This document shows, one piece after another, positions 11,867-26,800 of a DNA stretch of 64,000 nucleotides. The first letter of the stretch is position 1. Each line of letters starts with the position of its first letter. Origin of the DNA: Ostrea edulis (lineage: Eukaryota); contig NC_079168.1 of assembly GCF_947568905.1 (NCBI RefSeq), positions 31,434,001 through 31,498,000 of the forward strand. Direction: 5' to 3'. Position numbers and translations under genes: made by a program. Below the pieces are notes generated by a model. It was given only the letters and a program-made list of their open reading frames with translations. It had not been told where the DNA came from and did not search any database.

Positions 11867-14800
11867 CTAGCGAGCAGCTTGCTGGGCCCTTTTGATCTCT
11901 TCCTGTTGAATTCTTTGCTGGATTAGATATCTGGCTTTACTTATATTATTGGGGGTTCCAGTCACCGTGACGATGCGGTTTCGTGTTCCAGGCACATATA
12001 CTCCTTTTTTCGATATCTGAATGTTGGTTTGAGTGAACTGCTGTAGCTCAACAATTCCTTTCCCTCCGGGTCCTAGTATAGCTCCTACTATACTCTCCGC
12101 CACCTCTAGCTCTTGCTTTTGGGTTCCCTGTTTGTCTTCTGTTGGACTGTACATGCCAGTCCCCAGTCCAAATGAGTTCTGATTCAAATTCAAGCTGATG
12201 TTGGGTGATCTATCCATCTGAGGGAATCCCTGTGGAGTGCTAGCGTATGTTGTAGCACCAAAAGAATCATTCAGCATAGGACTGCCCCCGTACCTCTCCT
12301 GCCCCATGCTCGGAGAAGAACTACCAAATAAACTGGAGCCGGCTCCGGATCCGGAACTACCCAGTCCAGACGAGCCACTGCCCACAGGCCCAAAAAGACT
12401 GCCTGCTGTAGTCGAGTTGTTACTTGTGTTCAGAAATGAGTTACTATTCACAGTCTGTGCAGAAGTGGTGGGGGTGGCAGCGATCATTTGAGTGGCTCCC
12501 ATGGATGAGTTCAGATTCATACCAGCTATTGTGGCTGACTGGGCTGGCATGCTCTGCATTGTCAGACCAGGGATCTGGTTCAATGCTATCATATTCAAAA
12601 TTCCATAATTAGCTAAAGTGTTCATGGCTACACTGATTTCCTCTGTAGCCTGCTCAGAATAGCCACTGCTTCGAAGAGTCATTTTCAGACTTTCTAATCC
12701 AGCGGAAGTGAAAGCTCCATTTGGATTGCCCCCCAAAGCAGCATTTATATTCAAATTTGTCATTCCACTGCCTAAACTGCTATTCAATACATTTCCGTTA
12801 AATCCTATACTGTACGCTGTGGCACCTTGTGCTTGGTAATTGTTAGTGTTCACTACCATTTCTTGACTGCGATTCTGTGTGAATGCATTGTTTGCAAAGG
12901 GTGATCCAGTCGGGTTAGCACTGGCCACAGGTCCGGTGTAGTCTGCATAGCTAATGTTTGGACAACTTCCACTCTGGGGATCTTCTACAATTTTCTGTAA
13001 AATGAGTTCTACTGCTTTCCTGTTGTTGTCTACCTCCCCTGCAAAATAAAGTAGCATCACTGAATTACTACAGCAGCAGCAATAATTCTTAAAAACTGCA
13101 AAAATCCACACTCATTACTTGTCAAAACGAGTAACCATTACTACTCTTAAGCTATTAACAAAATTCCATGCTGCTAATTCTTGGATTGATGAAATACCTC
13201 CATTCAACGTACCAGCTACAGTGATACAACGCTCGGGTAAATTGGTTTCTTTTGACTTCTGTGAGATTTGAATGTAAGCTCCACTTTCCTCTTTGATTTG
13301 TTTGATGTAGTTACCTCCCTTGCCAATGACCATACCAGCAGTGCTGTTTGGAACGAGGATTTTTACCTGCAGAAAATCAAAGGCTTGTTCAATCAAATAA
13401 TTTTCAAGACAACACTGATATTCTCTGATTCCAACCTGAGCTTTGATTCCTCCAATCTTTTTTATTTAATTTCCACTATGGAGCCTGCCCCGCCCACAGT
13501 GATAGTTCCCTCTACAGACATAATTCCTTAATATCTTTTACTCATTCATATTCAACAGAAACAAGCAAGGTTGTCATTAAATCAAACCATACACCAATTC
13601 AGACATTTCCCGAAATTCTTTCCTTCATGAAACATTTCAAAATGTGCTTATTCTGTTGAAAAAGATGAGCATACATGTATAATAGCTTAGCTGGCAAGGT
13701 AAGTCAAAGCAACCATTTCTTTTTCCTCTTGAAAAATAAACAAAATTGCATTTCAACTACATTTGTAGTGCACTTCTTTTTTTCTTTCCCCCATCTCTAC
13801 TTCAGACTTTGACTAGTAATGTTTAGACTCGAAAGAAAATAGAAAATCTTTTAGCATTTGGCAAAGGAACAGAAAATGATCTCAACTCCACGTGCCACGC
13901 GAGATTCCATTAAAGTGCCAGTAGATCCTTTATCTTTTAAGATGTGCATTATAAAGTTTTTATACATTCTTTTATACTATCCACTATATATACAAGTGAT
14001 TTTAAACAAGCCCCGGGTTTTGGCTAAACGTAATTTCACTGATTATTTGTAATTGATTTTTTTTTTTTTAAAGTTCCATAAACTAGAAGAACTACACTAT
14101 TTTCTCTGTTGCACATGATTCTTTCCATTCATGTATCAAATATTCCATGCAAATGACTTGCCAGAAATCAATGTTTATTTGTTTGGTTCGTAGTTTTTAG
14201 TTTTCACACAGTGATTTACCTATCTACCCATTTATAATGGAATTAAGGATTACCACTGATGACATAGACATGCTTTCAGGACCAGAAAGTGTTTTAGGAT
14301 TGTTTTGTCAATATCAAATGTTGTAGTTTCCGATCCATTGAACTAAGCTCTGTAAGCAGCTGCTAACATCGTCACAACAGGACATTGCCTCCCTTTAATC
14401 TGACATCATCATGGTTATCGACACACAGACGGCCAAAAGAGATTCACTCACATGTGCCTTTCTAATCAAATGGTTTTCAAAAGTTCTTAGTTTATTATTT
14501 CTTTTCACAGATTACAAGAAATTTTCAAAAACTGTTTATATCTGTTAATTTTATTTATCCAAACTTATTCATGACAAGATACAGACAGATATCTGATAAG
14601 GATATGGTAAAGCGAGGTCTCTGTGCAGCCACAGCCCCTGCAGATTTGTTTGGATTCTCTGAACTTCTTGTGGGGTATAAACTCATAGGCATTTCCATTT
14701 TTTTCCCCACCCATTCCATTCCATGCCATAAAAGAAAGAAATTTTTTTTTTGATCTCAAATGTATTTTGTTTAAATCATGAACAGAAACCTTAAAAGGCC

Positions 14801-17800
14801 AAGAAATTAAATAACCCTGAATGCATCAATATACCTGAAGATTATATCTCTGTCAGTAAAAGCACCGACAGCATAACAAAACAATGTGCCTTTTGCACAC
14901 CAATATGAAGCGAATGAAGAAGAAAAAAAATGTTAAAAAGTCAACCTCAATTTGATCGTTATGTTGTCATAATTATGGGATACTACAAAAATGCTTGAAG
15001 TTAAAATAAAACTATGTAGGAACAATTTTTGCATCTGAGCTCGTTCTCTACACTCAGTAGTTGCATTACACAAGAACAATGCAATCCCGGAGTTAAGTTC
15101 AAACAATTTAATTAACAAACCCTGCTGAGTTGATGAGTTGAACATAACATAATGCTTAAGTTTTATCTTCAGAGCTATTCCTATTGATTTGACAAACTAT
15201 TACCCACTAAAAAACAAGATACATGATGCCAACAAAAAAATCAATTCAATCAAACTTGTTCTTCCTCATTAAGAAGTACACCTTTCAACATGTACGTTGC
15301 ATTTCAGACTACAATGATCTGCATACTTGATCAACAATGATACACTTTCGGGAATCCCGTTCCCTTTTTAAAAAAAATATTTCAGAAAAATGTACAAAGG
15401 AACAACACTTCAGAGTTCTTCTGTTCCATGTCTGCATGCAATAACTGAAAACTTACAGGGAGGAGAAAAAAAATGTAAAAGAAGAAGAAAAAAAGCCACC
15501 TAACAGAGATAGACAGGAAATTGTAAACAGGTGCGAATTCTGAATGTTAGTATTATGCCTGCATATTTGTATATCCTTGTGATGAAATCTGTGGAATGTT
15601 GCAATGTTAGGAAAGTGCTATTTCACTCCTTCTCTCAATAACAAACATTTAATGTTCAGTTGAAAAGCTTGCATATTTTATAATACTATTCACTTTCAGA
15701 ATGTTTCATTCATTTTGATTAATAGACATGCATTTAACTTTGTGAGTACAAAGACGCGAGGCCCACTGGCTACAACATTCAAGTTTACCTTGTTTATATA
15801 CATATCATTAAAACTCTGCCGTGAACTTGCTCTTACTCAGAGGTCAAGAAGTGAACATATTAAATCTACACTACATAAACAAACTTCCATATTTAAGGAA
15901 AATAAAAAAAAAGAACAAACTATACAGTTCTATTTAAAGCATACACCCCCTATTGCAGCCCTTCCCAGTGTGTGGGGGACATAGTCTGAACAAACCTGAA
16001 TTTACACTAGGTAAATGAAGATGCTTACACTATATAAAGCAGCTTTCGTGTACAATAAGTCAATTTGGTTTTTCTCGTTTGAGAGGGTCTTGAGAAGAAG
16101 ATTTTTAAACCTATTTTCACTATTTCTCAATTTGAAATTTACTTTAAAATACTTTATGCAAAGTCAGGTTAAAATTAGCTGCAAAAAGTTGACAGAGAAC
16201 AAAGAACAATATCTTTATCAGAAAAACTCACTTGAGTTTATGACTCAGGTGAGCTAAACACACATCCAACACTCAACTCATCTACACTACCCTACTGCTA
16301 AGCCAATCAGCTGTTACCTGTCGGTGCCTCTCAAAGTTTTTATTCGTTTCCTCGGGTTTGGGGTTGGGGTCTGGCTTTTCTCGGATTTTCTCCATGATGA
16401 AACAGTGGACTCTTTTGACGGCTTCTACTGCTCCCATGATCAGGCATACCCGTTCTGTAGTTCCTGTAAAAAGAGCAGAGCTTGTCAATCTTCATTACTG
16501 CTAACAGCTGTCCAAGACATTCCAAACCTCCAGAAGACATAGATCCTGCCTCTGCAGTCAGTGACCAGTAAACATTCCCTGTACATTAGAATGCATTATG
16601 GCTGGATTTACAAAATCTGTTTTCATCTCAATGAACGATTCCCTAGTTACCGACCCTTAGCAAAAATACGTGTAGTTTTAATCTCAATGTGTTTAAAGTA
16701 TCAAATTTATGACCCCCACATGCTTGTGAAAATGAGTGTCGACACACTGAATAATATGGCCATTGTAGGGAATGCTCTTGATGCCTCAATATATTAGGGT
16801 AATCTGCATACTCAGCAAATAAATTACCACAATTTTTCACTCAAGAGACAGTAAGCATATTATTTTTTTCAAATAATTCATTGCTGCTAGCTTAGTAAGA
16901 GAATATGCTCTGACACGAGACATTTTTTACATTGATCAAACGAAGTAACGTCCGTGTCGTCCTGAAGTAGTACTAAGTCCTGTGAGCTATTGTAACGGAG
17001 AGAATTGAACAGATATACCCTCATCATCACCCATCCTGTTGATAAATTATGCATTCTTAGAATTCTGAAAACTACTCATTCTACCAAAGTCCAATCATAA
17101 ATGAATACTGCAATAAACAAAATCTATATAGTGTGAACCACTGTCAGATGAAAATCGACATACCGGTAGGCATTGACCGGTAATTCTACTTGACCAACAT
17201 TTGTAGCTCTAATGACCATAAAACAATATCCACCTTAAATAAAGTAATTAATATATATAGGCTTGTATGAAACCCCAGTAACCCATCTTCTCATCAAACG
17301 AGTGATTGTGTTACTTGTTTATGTAATTGTAACCATGCTAAGTCAAAGTAATGTATACCAAACAAATATCTTAAACAAAAATGGATTTCAGTTCTCCAGT
17401 ACAATGATTGCATTTACAAAGATCTTTCTATGTTTTATGAAGGCCCTTTTCTAAGGAATAGCTACAGGGAAAGAGATTAAGAGAGCAACGTCCTGATGAA
17501 GGGCCTTTTGAGAATGCTTCGTAATCATTAATAATTGTAAGGTGTTGGTGCAAATCACACAGCCCAGTGGCTGAATCGTGTGACAGCCCTTATTTTATTA
17601 CAACCCAAATACTAGTGCTCTCTGCTCTCATGATATGAGCATGGTCCACCCAAATATGGGTGTATCTGAATGACTCATCAGCTGAGCAGTACATGTCCTT
17701 GGGCAAATGTCTGCTTCTACACAGTCAATGTCTGTACTAAATGGGGAACTACTTAAAAAACATAAAATTGAACAATATTTGCAAGATTCAAATTCAAAAA

Positions 17801-20800
17801 TTTGCTTATACATTGTATATGTGAGAATGTTTTTGTACAGCATGGGAATTCAAACAGGCATGATCCTGGTCAATCAGACTCTTGATCTGGTGGACAGCTA
17901 GTAACTATTAAGATGTAATGTCCAGTGCTGACCAGTATAACTACCAACAACCTATCTACAACATTTATATCTATTTAATTACTTTTATTCATTGATGTAA
18001 GCACACTCAGGTGTTAAAGCCATGAGTTATAAAAATGTGGAGGACATAAAATTGGCTACCATACAGCTGACGGTCGCAGACTGACCCGGTCATATATAAG
18101 TACATGTATATATTCATCTTTTGCTAAATCCACTGATAACAGCTACCTACACAGACTCTACAGTAAAAAAAAATGTGAAAGAAAACTGCATTTATAGTGG
18201 TTCCTCTTCCTTAATTCTCTATCCATACATTATTTCAAAGATTCATTGTAAAATTCCAATGATACGACCAGCCATCTAATCCGTACATAGGGCAGTAATA
18301 GAGCATGCAAACAACATATTACTATATATACTGATAATGGTCTCTCGTATTCTAGCAGTGTGGATTAGCAGAGTATGTCTATTCCTTCAACAGATGGTGC
18401 ACTTTTCTTCTTAAAAATAACATGGACACACACATATGCCACTGTCCATAATATCCTTCATTTTTCTGTTGAGATAATGATTATTATCTTGTTAGAAACT
18501 AGGACAACACAAGAGTTCTGCTGCATAAGTTACATTGTTACATGGAAACCGTGGGCTTCACCATGGGTTTCCGTAGTGATTGATGCCCTAGGGAAGGTTA
18601 ATGGTTACCGAACTGCACTCAATCTACCAACACCTGGAGATTTGGAGGGCATATTTTTCTTAGTTGTCACTTAATAATCTTTTCTGTTCATTTACTGCAT
18701 AATGAATGACATATTTTTACTATGAAATGAAATTCTGTGTGCTGGGGGGGGGGGGGGGGGGGGGGAAGACAGAGGGGAGACTTTGAGTAAAGGGGTAGAT
18801 CTAGAAATAATTTTTAAAAATGTTTAAAATGCTCATTTGAAATTTAATGAAATTTTGTCATAGTCCATGTCCCTTGATCTGCATATTACTCATGTAATTG
18901 TATTTTACCAAATTATCAAAATGAGTTATTGGAATTAAATGAATTAACCAAAACATTCACATACAATCCCATTATCAGCTGAATGTACTTCATAACAGCC
19001 TGGCATTGCCTTGCTGAAATTAATCGTATTTAACAGCAAATCCCTCCAATTTTTTCCTTTCAAAATGTCCTGACAATATGATTATAAAATTCCTTCACTA
19101 AGCATGTTTTATCCAGGCATGAAATTTCCTCGTTGTTAACATTAAATGCCCGGGTAATAGATGACGAGATATGGCCGTGTGGAATTAAAACACTGCCTTC
19201 CTCGGCTGACTTCAGAACCAGATCAAAATAATCAGATTTGAAATTACCCTATATATATTCCTTAAATAGAATTATTAACGAATTTGTACTTCTTACACCT
19301 ACAGCATTAGTTAGGTACCTCATTTAAGCTGTCTCTCTTTCTCCCTCTAATACCACTAGTTTTCAATCAAAACTAACAATGAACATTACAAAAAAAATGT
19401 AAAAAAAACCCTTTAATAAATGAAATATTGTATTTCTCTCTTTCTCTCTCTATCTCTCAGTAATGCCTCTAGTTTTAAATTGATCAATACAAAAAAAAGT
19501 TAACAAACTTCAATAATTAGCAATTAAATGAAGTACTGTATTCCTATTGCTCTGCCATTTCGCCGCATTAAAATTTTTGTTCCAATGATTTTCCCTCCCC
19601 GAGTTATAAAAACAAAGTTTTCACTTGAGAGTGAAAGAACTAAGACAAAATATTCCCGTCTCTAATGTCTCATCACGATGTGTAGATGCAATATCACACA
19701 AACAATTTTACATCATTGTGTGCAGAGTACAAGTGTGGAAATCCTGTACACACACACAAGGATAGAACCTAATTTATTGTCCCCAGTAGATGTACGTAAT
19801 TATCATGACAAGCTGCATCAGTAACTACAAAGCAACAAGTCAAAAGTACAAGGGTGTGCAGTAAAGGTTTCTTGTATTTATCATCACTGCATACTAGTAT
19901 TAATCAAGAAAGAAAAAAAAAACTATGAAAGTAGCATTACAAGTAAAAACCTGCCTGTGACTTGCGAGCAGTGAAGTTTTTAAAAAAAAATTAATTCTAA
20001 TGTAAATTGACTGTGGACTGTGGAAGCATGCCTGGCAGCCCTAACAGGTATTTTCACTTTGAAAAAAGGCCTGATAAGTTAATATGTATGATCAATCAGT
20101 CAGACAGAGAAGCCTAATGCTCCAGGAAGCCATTGGTTCACACAATACTATTGTCTGAAAAATCTAAACCAAAAAAGACCCTATCTTTTTTTACTCAGCA
20201 AATAGACAGTTCAATGTTTCATCATTAAATGTGTTCTGTAATGATTTTTGCTCAAAGGAATTCCCACACAATATTATTTCCATGGAGAATTTCGACTTGG
20301 AATTGGAAACAGGTGATAGAGGAACGATTAACGCAATAAAATGCATGCATATTGTGAGGATATGGAGAGGTCTGCATGTGCTATGTTAATATGCCAGAAA
20401 TGATGAATGTATTCTCTCACAGGTAAATTCACAAAGATGGTACAAGTACTCAGAAATTGGCATACCACAACATAGAGAAATATCTTTTAAGCAAATTAGT
20501 CTCTTTGTTGCATAATCTAAAAGGGCAAGCACATTTTTAACAATACACATTTATAAGCGGCCACAGAATATTAGCCTCAGGTTCATTTCTGAACAAAACC
20601 TTACAGTTGGAGGAAACAATGCCAAATAGTGCTTATAATTATAACTATATATTTATACGCTATAGCTGTATCATAGCTATACTTATAACTTATAAATAAT
20701 AACACTATAATTCACAAGTACAGTTCTACTTCCAAAAATAATATAACATTCTATTAAGTTTTAAAAGTCATTGACTAAAATTGTAAATTTCCATCCACTT

Positions 20801-23800
20801 AGATCGTAGGTATCGCTATATAATCAGGAAAACCAATGAAAGCCCGAGGGCTTATTTTCACAGCTGTAAGAGAAAGCTGGTGTACCCAGAGAGAAAACCT
20901 GTGTGTCCTAGAGAGCGACCACCATACCCTCTCGTGTTATACAACCAACGGCAAAAACAAGGACCGAACCTGGGTCACAGAAATAAGAAGCGTGTGCACT
21001 GCCCGGATTGCTATTGATCATGGCATTCAAGACTGCATGTTATTTTTTTTTAAATTCACTGCAGCATATGTATTCACGAAACTGCATGTATGTAAGTGTA
21101 AGCAGATGAGAAAATGTACCATCATGTTGTGGATTAGTCCAATGGACTTGAAAAACCATTACCCCAACCCACATTTAAAAATCTTCAACTCAACATTTAT
21201 CACATGAAACACAATTTTCATTGTTGAATGACTGTAATTACCTGGCTTTAAGAACAGGGATATTTAACAACCATTTAACCAAAACCAACCAATTTCAAAA
21301 GGGTTTCCCTCTTTTGTGAGACTTAAGCATTGTGTATATATACAAACATATCTAGATCTGTATGGGAATAGCAATAGCATATAAATGTCATAATAAACTA
21401 ATCATATCTTAAAAAAACTGATTTAATACATTCAATGTTCTGTTTATATTGCAGATTCCTGTTACCATAGTAACAAATGTATATCATTCATATCAATTAA
21501 TATAGCTGTCCAACTCAGCACATCTCATTACACATGTACGACTGCTTTCCCTTCATCATTAGTTTGTCACAGTCAACATTTAACATTTCTTCCCCACAGA
21601 AGCCAGCAGGGTACAACCTTGAATTTTTACGCACTAACTGTCAGACTAATTATCATATACTTGACAACTTGCTAGCATTTCTAACATTATCTAAGTACAC
21701 CATTTTCACACTTATTTTTTTGTTGGTCATGTTAATCTACTGAAGCCTAATACTCCTTTTTTTGTCCCGAATTTCTCTATCCTGGTGCGCAGAAATGCAT
21801 TGCATAAACTCCGACTCCCTTGCCACCCTTATTGGGGTTTCTTCCTGACCCTGGCAGCCAGGAGTCATAACATGGTTTGAACAAACTTAAATCTGCACGC
21901 TACCAGAATGCTTTCATATCAATTTCATAAATAGTAGTATTGTTCATCATAACAAAAAAGCATCTATGTACGTGACATAGTATAATTGGCCTTGTAAAAT
22001 CTAGAACTCCATCTTAGGAATGCAAATCACAAGTTTCAAGGCCTAAATTCAAAGCTGATGATTTTCCTTTTTTTGACATATAAAAAGAAATATCAAGACG
22101 ATGCATTGTAATGACATCTCTATGCTTATGAGTACAGCCTCACTGTGGAAGAGCCTTCCTATTACAGAGAAGGTCATCTGGAAACAGTCGATGTAATTAT
22201 AGCTAGATGTAATCATGGACCATGGAGGATTTTTTAAGTCTCTTATCCCGACGTCTGAAGTATATGTTGTATGTTATAAATGGCACTAGTTACTCTAAGG
22301 GTGCATTTTACAAACACAGACAGAATCGTGTAAAAATTCAACATGGTTGAATTTTGTTTATAGACAAAATGATAAATTATTTAAGGTCACCATGAGGGTA
22401 AGGTACAGATGATGCAACTTTCAGGGGACAATGGGAGTGGGCCAGTGGTCATCTGTTGTCCCCCCCCCCCCCCCCCCCCCCAGTGCACTCAAGGAGTAAC
22501 AAAGGTACAAGTATCTGGGACACCAGTCAGTTGGTTATTCTGACCCCAGGATTTTAATGGATCATGTACTTTTTCTATTTCTAGGTTATATTTTCCCAAA
22601 GATTCGAATCCCCAAGACAGAGGGATACAATGTTGAAAATTGGATTGAAATTAGTCAAGATTATGAAGAACTGGATAAAAATGGGTAATGTTCAGAAAAA
22701 CATTGGCCATTTACACATCATCAGGTGAGTTCTAAAAAACCTAGATAAATCAAGTCCTAAAATGAAAAGCAGTTGTATGATTTCCATTTTACATTGTAGA
22801 GATACATTATTTCTACACTTTGTATATCTGCCTGTTTAGCTCAGTAGCTAGATCACCTAACTATTAATGCAAGGGTCCTGGGTTTAATATCCGGTTCATC
22901 CAAACATTTTTCTCCTTGTTTTAGTTACAGTAACATCAATTTCAAATTATCTATAACCTTCTTAATATATAAGAGTTGACTTTACATTTGTACTTGCCAC
23001 AACCAGGAACTATCAAAATATGCTTACTCTAACACAGACCCCCCTCCCCCCATTTTTTGAAAATACAAAATGGGATGCAAGTGAATGTTACCTGAAATGT
23101 CACGAAAAATTACAAATACTTGAGAAATGTCATGTATGTCCTTAACACCTATTATCACGCTCTGTACAGTACCTGGGTAGAAATCGTTAGCTTTTGACAT
23201 TTTGACTCGGGCACCAGCCTCCTTCTGTACTTGGGCAATGGTTTCCCCGCCTTTTCCGATGATGGCACCTGCAGCAATACTGGGCACTAAGATCTTCAGA
23301 TGTACATTGTCACCTACAAATAAAATTACAAAAATTCAATTGAAAGTTCTTATATACAGATGTATCATTCTTTTTTTAAAAAAAATTAATTTGTGCTCCA
23401 AGTATCGATATATAACATTGATTTCTAAAATGCAGTTGTGCAAACTATTAAGTCATTTTTTTGCTCATCTTATTCCAAAATTTCCCCCTTTGCTACTTTT
23501 TTTAATATCCATATTGATAAAATTTATCATCTGTTAATAATTATCCCAAATGCTAAAAAAATACAAGGAGATAAAAAGAAAACCCATAAAAAAAGCAACA
23601 CCTAACTCAATTAATGCACAATATTGACTACTTTCATTGCCTGCGATTTAATCCAGCACACATGGTCCATAAAAATCAATGATAAAGAGTCTTTCCATAA
23701 TCAATGCTGGGCACCGTTGGTCATATTAAGAATTATAAAAGTTTAATGTGTTAATACAATCAGGGTAATTTCTGGGAGGCAGCCTTGAGCTTCCAATGGG

Positions 23801-26800
23801 GTTTTCTGACCAGCACTGACTGCATTCCAGCAGTCAATTTCTCCTCTCTATGATAATATGAAAGATGGTTAACCAGCTCAAGCATAAAGGCTGATACCCT
23901 CTAATTCAAAAGCATTTCTCACTTCAATATAGAAGAGATGGGCTTCAGCTTTTAAGAGAAATCTGCAAGCATCTCAGGAAAAGATTAAAATTACATGCCA
24001 ATAGCAATGTTTTTCTCACTATTTTTTCTTTAAATAATTACAAAATGCTTTCATGAGCTATTATAACTAGGGGAAAAAATGCATATTCTGAAGAAGAAGA
24101 GGGGAAAAAAATACCAGGTACATCAGAACCTTAATGACAGCCTTACAGGATATAAATAGAGAGTAGCCAGATGTTTCTGAGAGTGAAGATGTCCGGGCCC
24201 ACAAGTCAGTAGATCACACGGAATCCAGTATATCCCCCCCATCTGTTTTCACTTACAGGGGCTCTCCCCTTAGCATGAAGATGTGCTCCTGGCGAGGGGC
24301 ATCAGTTAGGAGCCCTTATCTAAAGCATGTGTCATAATCTAATCTGCTTACATCAGAGGAATACAACATATTTTATGCATAATCCTGATCATTACAGAAT
24401 GGGATCTCCCACACTCTTACCAGTCTATCAATAGAATCACTGGTACCACGCTTCATACTTTCACACATGCTTAAGTTCTGTCTTATCACATTGCTTTCCC
24501 TAAATCTTGATACCGCTAGAGATTTTCAAAGGATACTTGAAGATTAAAATAAATTCATTCTTATTTCTCTTATTTTAATAGTTGCAATTATATACAGTTA
24601 TATATACAGTTGAACATGCCACAACAATCCCCTCCATTAAGCACTCACCCATAAAATGCAGTCAGTTTTCGTACCTTATATAATCATATGAAATTATAGT
24701 TAATTGTTCATGTTTTTTTCCTTTGTTTTGTTTTCAGGTTTGGCAAATTTTGGTTTTATTTCTTTGATATATACATGAAATTGTAAAACTTTTACTGTAA
24801 CACTCTCTTTGTAATTGGTCCATGTTGTAATCAACTCCTGTGAAATCGATTGACCTTTATTCAGAGGTCAACTTCTCCACCTTAACTTCACTATTCAGGT
24901 TGGACTGTACATAGTTTGATTTATAATTTCAAAAGTGTGGGCGGTTGTGAGCTTTATCTCTCAAGGTTGATAAATTGTCAGTTTTTATGACAGCACAGTA
25001 ATGTAAGACTATTAGGGCTTCCCACAATATTCAGCACAGAGGCAATATTCTCTGAAAATCTGATCGACTGAACATTATGGGTTTCATTATAACCACCTTT
25101 CGGTATGAAGATCAGATATTGCAGGGGTAACCAAACCAATGGATACCCCTACAGTCTGCAAGTTCTATCTTATCACTTAAAGGATGCCATTCAGTAGAAG
25201 GAGCTTCTCTCTCTCTCTTTATCTCTCTCTGTGTGTCTCTCTCTCTCTCTCCATACACCAGTATCTGTTAGATCAATCAATTTTTCACAGCAAAACATTT
25301 CTGCAGTGCTGCATTCCACATTATATCAGCTTTGTGCTTGTGGCTTCCATCTGAGGCTGTCTTGGTAATAAAATATACAGGAAGCCATGACGGTTATTCC
25401 TCTCCCCCAATTACCCACGAGAAAGCCCCATATTTCGGTGGGAGCATACACTATAATTTGGATCCTGCAGCACTGTCATTTAAACTTCACACTGGACATC
25501 TAATGTTTAAGCTATCAAACAGATAGAATGATATTTGAACAAATGCAAAAAAAAAAAAAAAAATGTGTGGGGGCTAGCCATCACGTCGATTCATGGAAAT
25601 TTACCTCTGACAACTTCATTTTACTTTTGGGAGTAGATCTGATCTACTAAGCTTCTACAATGATAAACCTGGGGGGTCATTTTAGGTCAAGGTGTGTTGG
25701 GAATCCTGTCATTTTCTCCCCCCAGGGGCACACAATGATTAAAGCACACCTAAATATTTGTAATTAATTAACAAACAAAGCAGTCCAACACAACTACAAC
25801 ATACAAACATACACTTTTTAAAAAAAAAATTGCTGATGGCCAAATTTTATCTAAATATTATCATGTGATAGTCAGTCTGCATAGCTCTTTATAAAGACTT
25901 CATTGTTTGGTCATACAAACACCCCACAACACAAATAAGACATATATTGTAAATTTCCACCAAAGCTCACTGACTCTCCTGACAGGAAATAATCAAACCC
26001 CACACAATCAACAAATTATAATCTCGTGAACATCAACGGAATGATGAACAAAAGTTATCTATCCCCCCACTTCCTCCCTCTCTCCTGTAAAGCTTGCAGT
26101 GAGATGGATGATGCTCAATTTCCAAAACCCTGGTCAATGATTTCTGTCATATTTTTGTATATCAAGACGGTTAGTATTCTGTCTGCAAATTGAGAGAAGA
26201 TTACACAAGAATATTGCCAAGCAATTACAAAAAGATCAATTTTCTATTTCATCAGTACGCCCATCTATGGAATCAATGCACGAAAAGCCTACTAAAGAAC
26301 GCAGACATTCGACCTGCCCGCACAATCAACTGCCATAGCACTGTATGGGCTACTGTTGATTTGATATAGGAGTGAATTATATTTCTAACAATCAATAGCT
26401 GATAATTCCTGTGATATATATACTCCACAGCAATGCCTGGCCCATGACCACGTCTTTGGCACACACAAAGTTGCCCATTAATACGACTTGGCACTGTGTT
26501 TCCTCCTACAACTTAGGTCATTCTTCCTATACAAACTACTGTAAAACTGACAAGCTGTATTGATTCACTTTTTCCAGTCCACTTCAAGATTACATTTCTC
26601 TTTTGCTTATTCAGCAAAATATGGACTCGTGATTGACACTAGCTGTGCATGTTGCCCTAACTGAAAGGGCATTCCTATGATAATTAACTTCATAACATGC
26701 ATGAACACGACCTTTTCAACCTTGCGGAGCTACTGGGCTTGTTTTACGAAGTGTCACCAATGCCAAACATTTTAATGCTCTGACACCTTTTTTTAAAATC

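Noticed and set aside
14446-14461. Microexon with GTGAGT donor in the KH1-KH2 intron
   Set aside because: The 10-nt version breaks frame, the 6-nt version needs a poor AAG acceptor, and there is no pyrimidine tract
15400-15500. Long pyrimidine tract followed by several AGs (minus) in Nova intron 3
   Set aside because: No convincing donor gives an open in-frame exon; left unresolved
17493-17524. CTGATGA...CGTAA as a hammerhead ribozyme
   Set aside because: GAAA core absent and stem II is weak
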